DNA of 64,000 bases, taken from NCBI RefSeq assembly GCF_009914755.1, contig NC_060925.1. The stretch is one strand, 5' to 3'. The notes below the pieces were generated by a model. That model worked only from the letters and a program-made list of their open reading frames with translations. It was not told the origin of the DNA and searched no databases. This document shows positions 40,493 to 54,598 of the stretch, piece by piece (positions within the stretch are counted from its first letter, which is position 1; each line of letters opens with the position of its first letter). Source of the DNA: the human T2T-CHM13v2.0 reference genome, Homo sapiens. Position numbers and translations under genes: made by a program.

Positions 40493-40887
40493 AGATATGG
40501 TTTGGCTGTGTCCCCACCCAAATCTCATCTTGAATTGTAACTCACACAGTTCCCACGTGTCATGGGAGGGACCCAGTGGGAGGTGATTTTTCTCCCAGTG
40601 GGAGGTTCATGAGGGCAGCTTTTTCTCATGCTGCTCTTGCAATGGTGAGTGAGTCTCATGAGATCTGGTGGTTTTAAAAAGAGGAGTTCCCCTGCACAAG
40701 CACTCTTCCTCTCTTTGCCTGCTGACATCCACATAAGACGTGACTTGCTCCTCCTTGCCTTCTGCCATGATTGTGAGACTTCACCAGCCACGTGGAACTC
40801 TAAGTTCAATTAAAACTTTTTTTTTTTTTGGTAAATTGCCCAGTCTTAGGTATGTCTTTATCAGCAGTGTGAAAATCGAGTAATACA
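40493..40887 (+). mobile_element. THE1 (C/D-like) solo LTR
   Basis: gatatggtttggctgtgtccccacccaaatctcatcttgaattgta...gtaataca. Confidence 0.92.
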
Positions 40888-41093
40888 TGAGCCTCAGGTA
40901 TTTCTTTATAACAATGCAAGAATAAGCTATTAGTAAATGGCAGATCCAGGACTTGCACCCAGGTTGAAATGACCCTTGCCTATATGATGTGGCCAAATGT
41001 GGTCTCAATTGGTACTTTACTGCTCTCGTGCTTTGCAGGCCTGGGATTTCCCAGCTGAGCCACCTTCTCTCCTGGCTGAGCCTCTTCTCCCTT

Positions 41094-41585
41094 GCTAAAA
41101 GAAAAAAATTATTCACTGATACATGTTAAAGCACAGTAAAGATTTTATTCAGGGCCATTGAAATAAGTGTAGGGACCACTTCAATGAAATTTTGCAGTGC
41201 AGAAGACAGATCAGACTCAGCTCCAAATACAGCATAGGCAAGTGGGAATTTACAGCCAGGAGCAGGGTGGGAAGCAGTGGAGGAAAATTACTAAGAGGAA
41301 ACATCAGGAGTAAGCCTGGGGGAGTTCTGGAGTTTGGGATAAACTGACCTAATAGGATTTTTACTGAAGACAGGCCAAAGTGATCAGACATCACCGAGGG
41401 GGTAATGGAGGATAAGGAACCTGATCAGACACTGAAGATGATCAGATATGGAGAATGGCAGATTCTGGCTAAACCAGCTTAGTTGAGTTCTTGCTAAAAC
41501 TGGATTTCACAAAGAAGTGTGCAGATGAGCCTAGGAGAAGGTTCAGGGGCTTGGCTGGAGTTTGGTCAAGCAGAGAATCTTTTCA
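41094..41585 (-). mobile_element. MER31-like ERV1 solo LTR
   Basis: ttcttgctaaaactggattt...cctaggagaaggttcagg...tttggtcaagcagagaatct. Confidence 0.7.
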
Positions 41586-42160
41586 GCCCCTTTGGTCTGC
41601 TAACCACTCCAGTTCTTCCTTCTTGAAGCAAGAATTTTGAGTTCTGAGAGTTATGGATGGCCCCAAGTTTAAGAAGCTTACCCTCAGGTCTAGCCTTGGC
41701 ACACAGAGCTGGCAGGAGCCCTTTCCAGAGAGCCACAGGATTATCATGGGGAGGGAGGAACTCGAGCAAGTGTATTGAGATCCATCACTTGAAGAGCCAG
41801 ATTGTCCACTCATCAGCCTTTTGGACTCTCTGGACATGCAAAGGATGGACAGCAGAGAGAGGAAAGACCCATGCACAACATGACGAGGACCAAGGCCACC
41901 TCTGCTCATCTCCTTGTTACCTGCATGAGAGGAAAGAGGAAGAATGGTGCCAAGTTTGCTCAGGAGATTGATTTCAAAGACTTGAATCAAAAGGTGATCA
42001 ATGATGGTACGAATCAGGTGTTCAAGAAACTGGAAGAACCTTCAGTCAGAGCTCTCTAAGGAGCCCCAACTTTTGTCTGCAGCTACCGGGTTTGGGGGAA
42101 GCATCAACCCAGTCAAGAAGACCTGGGTTTGAATCCAGGTTCTGCCACCTACTTGCTGTG

Positions 42161-42528
42161 TGATATGGTTAAGCTGTGTCCCTACCCAAATCTCATCTTG
42201 AATTGTCGTTCCCTTAATCCTCATGTGTCATGGGAGAGACCCAGTGGAAGGTAATTGAATCATAGGGGCAGTTATTCTGTTCTTGTGATAGTAGTGAGTT
42301 TTCACAAGATCTGATGGTTTTATAAGGGGCTTTTCCCCCTCTGCTAGGCACTTCTCCTTGCTGCCGCCATGTGAAGAAGGATGTGTTTTCCTCCCCTTCC
42401 ACCATGATTATAAGTTTCCTGAGGCCACCCCAGCCGTGCTGAACTGTGAGTCAATTAAACCTCTTTCCTTTATAAATTGCCCAGTCTCGGGTATGTCTTC
42501 ATTAGCAGCATAAGAATGGACTAATACA
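42161..42528 (+). mobile_element. THE1 (B/D-like) solo LTR inserted in a MIR
   Basis: tgatatggtt...ggactaataca; perfect TSD CTGTG. Confidence 0.95.
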
Positions 42529-43443
42529 CTGTGTGATCTTGAGTCAGCCCCTTGCCCTCTCTGGACTCCTTTGTCCTAAGGGGTAATATGCCTTCTGCAA
42601 AGCACCTATGGGAACTCACCCAGAGAGCACCTGTCAATGGACTCTGCATTGTTAAGCAGCTCAGATTAAGGAAATGTTCTTGCTGACATTAAAAGGGAAG
42701 GCTCAGTGGGTTGGATGATGCAAGAATGAGGTCTTCCTCCAGAAGCATGTGCCCTGGATGGGATTCCAAACAAGAGGGGAGGCCTCTTGTAGGGCAGCTG
42801 CAATGACTTATTCATCTTTCCCTAGTACAGACAAATTGCTGAGCAAATCTGCACAGAAGGTCACACCAAAACACATGCCTGTATAGGCTGTGCCAGGTAA
42901 TTAAACCAACATCACTCTCCATTGCTTGAATTCCTCTGCCTCTGATCCAGGAAGTGCGGACCCAGTAGGAAGCTAAGGCAGGCAGCTGTCCTGTCATTTC
43001 CATAATCAAATGTTTACGTACCATTTCCTCCTGCCCTTTCTCTTCCCCTTTCCCCTCTTATTTCTATTTGAGCAAAATGTGTTCAAACATCCCCTCTTGC
43101 CCTGCTGGGGACAAAAAGTGTCTGTAATGTTGGTGTAACATTTTGGAGAATGAATGCAACATTTGTGTCTATTTGCCGATCAGAATATCGATTTCCTCTT
43201 GAAATAAAATGTCACATCCATGAAATTCAAGATGTATTAGAAGAAGAAAGCCAACTTTGACACGTCGTCTTTGGGCAGCTTTGACAGTGCCTTAGCAACC
43301 TGCCTTCCTCTGTGTGAGTCCTCCGGTCTAGAATATCAGACGCAGGGGATAACCCATCCCAGATGTTCGCTTCTTGGTCTCTTCTTCCTCCCATGGTTGT
43401 CCAGGGCTACTCAGACACTCTAAAAGAACATAAAACAGTAGTA

Positions 43444-43694
43444 CAGTTTGAGAATCCCTTATCCAAAATGTTTGGAACCAGAAGTGTTTCAGATTTCAGA
43501 TTTTTTCAGATTTTGGAATATTTGCATTACACTTACCAGTTGAGCATCCTTCATCCAAAAATCTGAAATTCATGGTGCTCCAATGAGTATTTCTTTAGCA
43601 TCATATTGATGCTCAAAATGTTTCAATTTGGGGAGCATTTCATATTTGGGAACATTTCAGATTTTGGATTTTTGGATGAAGAACACTCCACCTG
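43444..43694. mobile_element. Tigger4a/MER46 TcMar MITE
   Basis: ta|cagtttgagaatcccttatccaaaatg...cacctg|ta with TA target duplication. Confidence 0.8.
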
Positions 43695-44179
43695 TACTTG
43701 TGGCATATCCTGTAGGCTGAGCATCAGGAGCCACTTGCTATTGTGACTGGATAAACAGCACTTGCTATTTTTAAAAGGGCACTGACAGATGAAAGGCAGC
43801 AGCTCCATGCCATCCCAGAGATGAAAGCCCTGCTTCCTCCATAGTCAGGAGAATCTACAGGTATAAACTGACAGACATCAGGTGGTCCATATTGAGGTGT
43901 AGAAGACTGCTTCCAAAAGAAGTCAAGTATTGGCTGCTAAGCACAGGTGACCACATGGACCAGAAGCAGTGAGAGCAAGCATCTCTCTCCCTGGGCTTCT
44001 CTGTAAGTGCTGACAAGGCCATGTGTCCAGGCAAGGAGCATGCACACAGATGTGGCCACATGCTTTGGGTGAGCGTGGCTTACACGTATCTTCAGGAGCC
44101 TGTACAGGTGTCTACACAGCAGTGACTTCTAGGAAAAGACCCAAAAGCTACTCTCCTTTGGGGATCCTCATCCAATTTT

Positions 44180-44330
44180 TCATTCATTCACAGATATTTT
44201 TGAGCCACCTACTGTGTGCCAGATGCTAGGCCACACCCAGGTGATGCAATGGTGAGCAGAACTGAATGGTTCCTGCCCTCAGGCAGGTTTCACTTCCATG
44301 GGTCTGAGAGAAGACTCCCCAAAGCAAGTG
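44180..44330 (-). mobile_element. L2 3' end
   Basis: cattcattcacagatatttttgagccacctactgtgtgccagatgc. Confidence 0.7.
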
Positions 44331-45559
44331 AAAAGGCAAAGGCAATGGCTGCCATCTAGCATACATGCTGTCAAGGACATGAGATGGGAAGCAAGCAGTC
44401 ATGGAAAACTAGAGTTAACAAAAAATGTATAGGCATAGGCCACGCCCTGGGGGTTTGGGGAAATATGAAAAGATACATGCAGAAGCCAAAAGTGAAGAGC
44501 ACCCGGCATCTGTTAGGCTCCAGACAAGTCACCGACAGAGGCATCTTACCTCCTCCAGCTCACACTCCTTGGATCAAGTGCATTCCCAAGTAGGGTGTTT
44601 GGAAATTCTTCTGTGACACAGTGGGGAATAGGCCGTTGCAAGCTCTTCCTTTTTCTTGTTCTTTTCATTTCCTCTACATCTAAAAAAGCCCGGCAAGCTC
44701 TAGCTGCTCCTTGTTCCTGGAGCACATGCACTGCTCACAGCATCAGGTGGTTCTAAAGCCAGAACAGGGGCAGGGACCCTCACGATTCTGAGTCCTCAGC
44801 CTCTTTCCACCTGCCCACCCTGGAATTTGCAAAGATTAACTCCTATTAAGCAATTTCTGGTTCTAAAGTTTCCCCTCCTGAGGGCTTATTTAAAACACCA
44901 AAGGCAGTGATAACATAATCCCAATAATAACAGTTATTTGTTCTCCAATTATCTATTCTAGAACACTTTTTCCATCTCCATGACAATCTCTTGAAATGCT
45001 TTCTACCAATTCCTGCTTATTTGGGGGAAGCTGGTGGGAGAATAAAGCAATCCTGGTGTGAAATACGATTTGTAACCATGTAGAGAGCACTACAGGTCTT
45101 TAGAGAATTGGGGAAATAAAGACGCTGACTTCAAATTCAGCCCCCTCCCTCCCTATGCAGTGATTGACACTAGACTTTACTTGCAAAAAAAAAAAATCAG
45201 TTGCAAGTTATTAAAACATAATCTGAATAAACTTTAGCACAAAGAAGAGTTCTGCTGCCCCATGGAATCAGAAACTCCAAGGCATGGGGTGACTCCAGCT
45301 TCAGCAGCGGATGGACCCAGCTTGGAAATGGTTTCTAGTCTATGTTCCTCTCTGGACCCTGCCTTGCTCCTCCACAAGCTCCCCTCTGCAGGGCTTCCCA
45401 AAGGCCACCTGCAGTCCCATACTCACACTTATCCGGTCACACCTCCAACAGTACAAGAGCACCCCTAGGAACGTCCTTGTGGGAACACCTCAAGGAAAGG
45501 AAAGAAAAATAAGGGAGGGTGGTCAGCCTGCCTTCACTTTCTGGGGCTGTCTGAGCTGA

Positions 45560-47470
45560 AATCTCAAGACCAGTTGTGAACTCTGGAGTCAATATCCATG
45601 CCCTCAAGTTCACCAATGTCCACACTTTGCCAAATCCAGTGGCGACTGTCAGTCCTCATCTTGACGGCATCTTGGACACAGTGATCACTCCCCCTGCCTG
45701 CAAGCACTTCCTTCCCTCGCGGCTTCACTGGGCTGTGGATGCTGCACACTCATATTTCCTCCTGCTGTGCAGTGGTTGCTCCTGGTTCCCTCCTTGGTTG
45801 GGTTCTCCCTTTGTTCCCTAAGCTCCTGGCATTGGAGTTGCTCAGCACTGGTGCGGGGGCCTCTTCTGCCCTCACCCCTTGGTGAGTCTGGCCAGGCTCT
45901 TGTTTTAAACACCACACACGTGCCAACAACATCAACATTTATGTCTCTGGCACAGACTTGTCTCCTGATGCCCAGACTTGTGCATCCAAACGCTTACTCA
46001 GCATCCGCACCTGGATGTGGACCAGGCATCAGCAACTGAGCTAGCACGATGAGGACTTCCCGATGCTCCCACCCAATCCTTCTCTACTCACAGCCTTCTC
46101 CCACTTAGCTGATGCCAGCACCATCCTTCTAGTCTCAAAGGCCCAAATCCATGGAGTCATTGCTTTGTATCATCCTCTCATCCAATCTGCAAGAAAACCT
46201 GTTGCCTCTACTTTCTAAATGTCCCCAGCATCTGACGATTCCTCCCTATCTCCACCACTTCCAGCTTGATCAGAGCCACCATCATCTGCCTGTCCTGGAT
46301 TCCTGCAGTGGCCACTGAATTGTTTCTCCTTTTGTTACAGGAAAGGGGTCCAAAAGAGGGTTCTTGGATCTCGCACAAGAAAGAATTCCGGGCAAGTCTG
46401 TAAAGTGAAAGCAAGTTGATTAAGAAAGCAGAGAAATAAAAGAATGGTACTCTATAGACAGAGCAGCTCCGAGGGCTTATGGTTGCCCATTTTGATGGTT
46501 ATCTCTTGATGATATGCTAAACAAGGGGTGGATTATTCATGCATCCCCTTTTTAGACCATAGAGGGTAACTTCCTGATGTTGCATGGCATTTGTAAACTG
46601 TCATGGAGCTGGTGGGAGTGTAGCAGTGAAGACGACCAGGGATCACTCTTATCACCGTCTTGGTTGTGGTGGGTTTTAGCCGGCTTCCTTACTGCAACCT
46701 GTTTTATCAGCAAGGTCTTTATGATCTGTATCTTGTGCCTATCTTCTATCTCATCCTGTGACTTAGAATGCCTAACCTTCTGGGAATGCAGCCTAGTAGG
46801 TCTCAGCCTTATTTCACCCAGCTCCTGTTCCAGATGGAGTCACTCTGGTTCAAAGGCCTCTGACACTTTTGCTCTTGCCCCATAGGGGGTCTCCTCAATG
46901 TAGCAGTTAGAGGGGTCATTTTAAATCTGGGTAAGGTCATGTCTCTCCTCTGATCGAAATGCTTCAGTGGTTTTCCATTTCACCCAGAGAGAAAGCCGAA
47001 GTCCTTACAGCCTTAGCCCTGCAAAGCCCAGCCCCCTGCCACTCCGGGACTTCTCTCCCAGCCCCACGAGGTCATCTGCTGTGCCCTGCAGGCTCCCCAT
47101 GGTCTTTGCTGCTCCAGCTGTCCTCCCCGCTGCAGGGAACATTCTTCCATCAGATTCCCCCAGCCCAAATGGCTTTCACCTCCAGCTTAAACCTCTCCTT
47201 CTCACTAGGGTCTCTGCTGCCCACTCTGTGGGCACTGCAACCTGCCCCTTCACCCCACTCCAAGCCCTGCATGCATTCTAATATCTTCTATCAGTTACCG
47301 ACCATGTTTGTCATTTAGTAGTTGTCTTTCTGTGCTGGTGATGGAACATAACTCGTCTCCTCTAGGGCTGGGCTGGGGACTGGGTCTTTTTTACTCAGTG
47401 GTATATTCCAGCATCCAAAACACTGCCTGACACACCACAGATGCTCTGTAAATATCCACTGAATAAATGC
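45560..47470 (+). mobile_element. L2 interrupted by MER41
   Basis: cttgtgcatccaaacgcttactcagcatccgcacctggatgt; 3' end gcctgacacaccacagatgctctgtaaatatccactgaataaatg. Confidence 0.75.
46333..46865 (-). mobile_element. MER41 (A-like) ERV1 solo LTR
   Basis: tgttacaggaaaggggtcc...gagggttcttggatctcgcacaagaaagaatt...ggttcaaaggcctctgaca; 4-bp TSD CTTT. Confidence 0.9.
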
Positions 47471-48236
47471 CAGAGAGCCCAAGACTCACCCAGCCCACCC
47501 TCTCACAAGCATGGCAGAAGGCAGGCTCCTGTGGACATGGATGAACAGTAAACCCTTCTGTGTGTGTCAAACCCCATGGGGCACGAAGTTGGACAAGGAA
47601 GCTTCTGCTCAAGGCCCTTTGCTGTGACCACAGCAGGTGCCCAGGAGTGAGAAAGAGGAGAGGCTCAACTCTGGTTCTCAATGCCTACGGATCCTGTTTT
47701 CTTAACTCTATGTCTTGTCCCATGAAGCCAAAAACAAGACAGGAGCCTTCAGGACAAAGAGGCTGACAAGGGATGGAGCCAACTTAGCTTCATCTCCCAA
47801 AAATGTTTCCTGCCTCTTCACCCCCAGCTGCATCTGACTTCATGCCCTAACCCCTGTGCCTTCTAAATAGGAAACCACGAGGGAATGCATCTTCCCAAAC
47901 CAGGTAGAATGTCTTAAGGTCAACGGTATGATTGGCAATGCAAACTTCTTTTAAGTGGCCTCGCCATCCATTCATAACAGGCAATGCTCACATTTGAGGG
48001 TCACTTGTTGGAAGAAGTGATATTCACCTGGTTTTCCATTGAAGGCAGAAAGAGTGAAAGGAGACCACCATGGAGCTTTGATGGATGGCAGAGCCAAGGG
48101 CTGAGAAATCCAGGGATGTGGACTAGGTGTCCTGGGACTGAACAGGAGTGCCCTGCAGAAGGAAGGGTGAGGCCCTGCTTGGATTCCACCCCAGGGGCAC
48201 AGGTGGACGGCTGTACCTGTGGGTGCTTGTATGAGT

Positions 48237-48513
48237 GTTGGAGACCAGAATACGCTGCTCCCAAATAGGCCTCTTTGGCATTGTGAGCTGATTATTTTGA
48301 GGAAGAGCAGACACTGGAGAAGCTCTGGAAACAGTAAAAGGTATCTTGGCCCTGAGGCTAAGCCGCCTCCTTGAGGCAACCATTTCCTTAGGTATCTTTA
48401 TGTATAGAAACTTCTGTTTGTCTCTCTCTCTCTCTTGATAATTTATCTTTTGTTAAAAGGGTCCCAGCTGAACTCTTGGAAGGGTAAGGGGGAAACTGTT
48501 TCTCTTTCCCTAC
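48237..48513 (+). mobile_element. MER34-like LTR, internally deleted
   Basis: tgttggagaccagaatacgc...gcctctttggcat...gagctgattattttgag...ttccctaca. Confidence 0.55.
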
Positions 48514-49093
48514 AGCAACATGCCAGCCACACTGGCCTCTCATCCAATAGAGCTGTTTGGCTACAGAAAAGTGAAGCCAGGCCCCGAGCCACCTTCTGTT
48601 TCCAACAGCAGCCAAGCTGACCTGCTTGGGCAACAACTCCTGGGCTGGGCTGGACACTACGAGGAGCCCAAGGAGTCCTCTGGGGGAAGCGGCTGGTGCA
48701 CCATCACTGCGTCTTGCAGCCTGCACAGCCACCACGAATAATGAGATGGACGGGTTTTGTTCTCCAGCCATGGATTGACCCATAGGGAGATCTTCTCTTT
48801 CTCATAAAAGAATCAAGAGCTTAAGAGAAAGGAGAACCTGGGAAGGGCTTCCATGTTCCTTTAAAGTTTACAGTTTCTGATATTTGCAAGCACCGAGGTG
48901 CCTGAGAAGAGGGGATGAAACAGGAGGTTGTGCTGCTGATCTGAAGCCCACAGTTATCGACCGTGTCCCAGCGGAAGAAGCACAGCTGTGCCTCAAAGGA
49001 GGGTTTGTCTCAATCTGCAAGCGCTGATGGAGATCAGGGTTGGGATTTCAAGACGCTAGGGGAGAAATGGAGAATGCCTGTAGTTCCCCTTTT

Positions 49094-49950
49094 GACATCA
49101 TAAAAAATATATGTATATATTTAGCAGCTGGTTCCTGGCACAGAACTCCCAAAATCCTTGCAATTTCCTGAGTAGTAGGGGTGCTGGGAGAATCTTTGTT
49201 CTAATATTTGATCTTTGACCTGAGTTGCTGACACAGAGTTCCTAAACCCCTTGGAATTTCCTAGGAGACTAGCGCATCTTTTGTTCTAATGAGGCGACTC
49301 TTGGAGGCTCCTGGATGGAGACAGAGCCGGGATTAGAAGCCTGGAACTTTCAGCCCCACCCCCATCCTCCAGGAAGGAGAGAGGGGCTAGAAATTGTGTT
49401 AATAATTAATTATGCCTGCATGATGAAACCTCCATAAAAACCCCTGAACAACAGGGCTTAGAGACTTCCTGGGTTGATGAACACGTCGGAATGTCTAGAG
49501 GGTGGTGTGCCCGGAGAGGGCATCAAAGCTCCACACCCGATTCCCATACCTTGCCCTGTGCACCTCTTGACTGGGCTGTTTATCCATGTCCTTCATCACA
49601 TTCTCTGTAATAAACCACAGATATAAGTAGAGTGTTTCCCTGAGCTGTCCTAGCAAAGACTCAGACGTGAGCAGGAGGTTGCATCACTCCAATTTATAGC
49701 TGGTCCATCAGAAATACAGGAGGTATGGACTTGGGCTTGGCATCTACAGTGAGGGCAGTCTTGTGGGGCTGAGCCATTCATCTGTGGGGTCAGGTAGTTC
49801 GGGTCATAATTGAAATTAATGTATCCAATGCCCAGTTTGTGTCTGGAGAGTTGGGGAATTAGTTGGTGTGAAAAACCTCCCACACCACATGTGGTATCAG
49901 ATATGAATATTATTTCAGTACAGAGAAGAAAACAGTGTGTTTTCCTATCA
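49094..49950 (+). mobile_element. MER21 LTR
   Basis: ggttcctggcacagaactcccaaaatccttgcaatttcctgagt...gtgtttccctgagctgtc...gcagtcttgtggggctgagcc. Confidence 0.8.
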
Positions 49951-50143
49951 TCCCCCAAACCCTGCCACTGACTTGGAGCTCCTTGGCCTGGGAGCAGCTA
50001 TGGTTACAGGGAAAAAATCAAATGCATGAGACACCTAGAGCTAATTCCCAAACTGAGGAGTTTGGGGTATAAACCAGGGGCTGCTCTTGGTCCCCCTGAG
50101 TGTGTCCTGGCCTGACCAAAGGGCACTAAGGGCTGTCCCTTCA

Positions 50144-50245
50144 TGTTATCAGTCAATTCTTGTATTGCTAGGAAGGAATACCTGAGACTGGGTAAAAATT
50201 TATAAAGAAAAGAGGTTTAATTTGTGCACAGTTCTGCAGGCTGTT
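50144..50245 (-). mobile_element. MST LTR terminal fragment
   Basis: ggaatacctgagactgggtaa...tataaagaaaagaggtttaatt...cacagttctgcaggctg. Confidence 0.75.
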
Positions 50246-50652
50246 CTCATGGGAGCTGGGCACCAGCTTTGTCATACCTGAAGAGCCCCTTCAGCCCCTT
50301 CTCTGCACAGGGCCCCAAATGCCAACGTGAAGTGCCCTTGGAATTTTCTAACATAGCACAACTTCTTAGGGGTGAATTTTACATCAGCACCCATAAATAG
50401 CACCATCATGTCTACAGAAGGCTGGTCTCTGAACAAGGAGACCATGGTATAAAAGCACTGAATTCCATATCCTGTTAGACCACAGATATTTTCCCCTCCC
50501 AGTGGGGCAATACTTTTATAGTGCTGGCTGGGGAAGCCCAATTAGGTGTTTGAACTAATGCTTGGGCCAAAACTTGATTTGTCAGCAGTGCGTGTCTAGG
50601 CAGGTTTTTATGCCATATCCACTGCTCATGAGATCCATTAAAATCTGAGTCT

Positions 50653-51011
<359 letters not shown>

Positions 51012-51496
51012 TTAAATATTTTTATTTCGTTAGAACAGAACAGAACAAAGCTATTCTCAAGGCTGGTCTTGGCTTTGGTTCAGATCAGAAAGTCTGAGCA
51101 CACTGCTCTGTGCTACTTTCTTAATGTGCTTTTCCTGACCAATCTGGGGCCTCAATCTTCCTTGGAGCCTAGAGAAGGATGGAGCAGGCGATACGAATGA
51201 TTACCAGAAGGGCTCTGACACCCCTGCTGACAGGCTTTCCAGCAGTGCCTTAAAGCTGTCATTTATCTTACTGGACCCTCTAGGGCTGGTGAGGCTCTTC
51301 CCCTCCAGGGGCCTTGGCCATGCTGGGGAGATTGTGCTCAGCCTTCATTTCTCTCCAGCCACAGCCAGGGTTTCAATCTCTGGCTTTGACAGCGCCCCAT
51401 GGACCAGCCAGTCAATTTCCTTGACTGAGTTTCAGGTGCTGGTGTTTTATGCTATACTCTGAGGTTGCATTCCCAAAAGTTGGTTTGATTATTTTT

Positions 51497-52601
51497 TGAG
51501 ACTGAATATGCAAACAAACAATGGGAAGACCATACATAAAAAAAGAGCTCTGACCCGCAATTGCAGCAGCCAGCCCAGGAAACCACGCCCTACCTATACA
51601 CCCAGCCCAGGAAGCCATGTTGTCATGAGTCAGATTTGAAGAAGTCAGATCACCATCCCTAGAACAGCTCAGAAAGCCAAACAATAACCCCTGCCACAGC
51701 CAACCCCAAGTGGCCAGGACTTGATTAGCAGCTGACAGCTTCTCTAATGTTTGTCCCCACTTCCAACTCATAATCCAACTCCAAATAGGCCCCTGTGATG
51801 GTTAATATCAGGTGTCAACTTGATCGGATTGAAGGATGCCTAAATAGGTGGTAAAGTATTGTTTCTGGGTTTGTCTATGAGGGTGTTGCCAGAGGAGATT
51901 GACATCTGAGTCAGTGGACTGGGAGAGGAAGACCCACCCTCAATGTGTGTGAGCACCATGCAATTGGCTGCCAGCGCAGCTAGGACGAAGCAGGTGGAAG
52001 AAGGTGGGAGAAGCTGGCTTGCCGAGTCTTCTGGTTGTCATCTTTCTCCCATGCTGGATGCTTCCCTCCACTCCTTCTTCCCTTGCACATCAGACTCCTG
52101 TTTCTTCGGCCTTTGGACTCTTGGACTTACACCAGTGGGTTTGCCAGGGGCTCTAGGGCTTTTGGCCACAGACTGAAGCCTGCACTGTCAGATTCCCTAC
52201 TTTTGAGGCTTGTGGACTTAAACTGAGCCACTACTGCCTTCTTTCTTCCCTAGCTTGCAGATGGCCTATGGTGGGACTTTGCCTTGTGATTGTGTGAGCC
52301 AATTCTCCCTAATAAACTCCCTTTCATATATACGTAGATCCTATTAGTTCTGTCCCTCTGGCGAACCCTGACTAATACAGCTCCCCCTCCAATCCTTCAA
52401 TACACTTGCTTCTGGTCAGCCACCTCCAGCACACCAAGCCAACAGCCGAGCCTCCCTTCTCCACTCTGAAGTTTCCTACTCCTCTGCCTGCCTTTGAGTC
52501 TCTGCCAACGCAAGCAATGGTGGCCGTCTCCCTTGCTACAGCAAGTTCCGAATAATCAGCTTCTGCTTTTCTCATTTGGCTGACCTTCATTTATTTCCAC
52601 A
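51497..52601 (+). mobile_element. ERVL-class LTR (MER54/MER74/LTR53-like, subfamily uncertain) interrupted by MLT2A
   Basis: ctctgacccgcaattgcagcagccagcccaggaa...ggccaggacttgatta...; 3' end ttcatttatttccaca. Confidence 0.5.
51794..52379 (+). mobile_element. MLT2A2-like HERV-L solo LTR
   Basis: tgtgatggttaatatcaggtgtcaacttga...gagtcagtggactgggagaggaagacccaccctcaat...aaccctgactaataca; near-TSD gcccc/gctcc. Confidence 0.9.
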
Positions 52602-53575
52602 TCTTTCAACTGGGCTTCACCATCCGCCAGACAGAGGGCAAAATGCAAACAGAAGCAACTGTGAGCAGAAATGAATCCAGAGTTCCCTGGCCATTCCTGA
52701 CTCTCATGCTTATTCGCAACACCTTACTAAGCTTCACCGAGAGATCAGCTCCAGAGATCACCAACCATGGACTTTTTCAAAGCCAGTGATTGTCCTTTCT
52801 GCCTCTAAAGGGCACAGCACAAAAACCAGGCATGAAATTAGTAAACCTCACAGCAGCACTGAGGAAGGCAGCCCACGGGGCTCCTGGATTGGCCTCTTCC
52901 AAAGGAAGCTATGGTCATTATCCCATTTTGAAAATTACCCTTGAGCCTTTTATCCTGTCTTTCTAAGTAAAAGTCCTTGATCCCAGTCTACCTCAAGAGC
53001 CCAAGTTCTGGGAAAAAACATCAGAAGTGTTGCACAGGAATGCAAAAGGGAAGAATGAGGTAATACCCAGCTTTGGCATTCAAAATAGAATTGGGTGGCA
53101 AGACAAAAGCAGCTATTTTTTAAGAAAAGTGTACACATTTCTTTATTTTCCATATTTAGCCTATCGGTGGCTGAGCCTGGAGGTCCCAACTTAGAGGTGT
53201 TCCTGTTGTGGAAGAAGGAACTCTGTAATTATCCCTCTGTGAAGCAACAGAGCCTTGTGGTAGGAGGAAGTCATGTTGGTAACTGACGTAAGCAAAGGGC
53301 AAGGACAGTCAGCAGTTATCCCAAGGGCAAGGGAAAGGCAAGGAGAGGTGGATTTGATCAGAGCTGGTAGAAGTGGTGCCTCATGCTTCTCCTGTCTAGC
53401 TCAGAGAGAAGGTCAAGGGAATTGTAGAAGTAAGACTAACACCAAGGCAGCAGGGGTTCTGGTCTCTGTTCCCCACTGAAGACCCTGGAAAGAGACTAAA
53501 TCTCAGGCCTCCCTACCTGTACCACTGAGGATGACCCCATCCACTAGTTGGTCTTATTCTCAGGTGGAGGGGATG

Positions 53576-54231
<656 letters not shown>

Positions 54232-54598
54232 GCATGGAACCCAGAAGTGTCTGGGAGTCTGTTCAAATCCAATGTGAGTTAGAGGGACCTGGCACAGGAG
54301 GCAAGATGCAAGGAGGACTGCCCAGTCAGCAGAGGACCAGACCAGATGCCAGGGACCACAGCCTGCCCTCAAACGGGTCTGCAGTGGCACCCACAGCCCA
54401 TCAGAGGCTGAGAAGCCAGAAGGGGCCAGCAGAGAGAGCCCTGAGTCCTCCAAACAGACTGGAGCCCCAGGGACCAGCTGGGTACACATTAGCCAGGCAG
54501 ACACCGGCAGAGACAGAGGACCCTGTCCCTATAGACCTCTCTCTGCCAGTCATCAGGGAGAGCAGCAAGATGGCAGGGTGACCATCACCTGGCAAATC

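Larger units (their letters stand above)
39803..40930 (+). mobile_element. MSTB-like MaLR LTR interrupted by an Alu and a THE1
   Basis: tgatacggtttgcatgtttgtgccc...gatgctggtaccatgcttcctgtacagc...; 3' end gcctcaggtatttctttataacaatgcaagaa. Confidence 0.85.

Noticed and set aside
41802-42059. Protein-like peptide (AKFAQEIDFKDLNQKVINDG...) as a possible exon or pseudogene
   Set aside because: I recognise no family and see no convincing splice-site pair; a BLASTX search would be needed to reconsider it.
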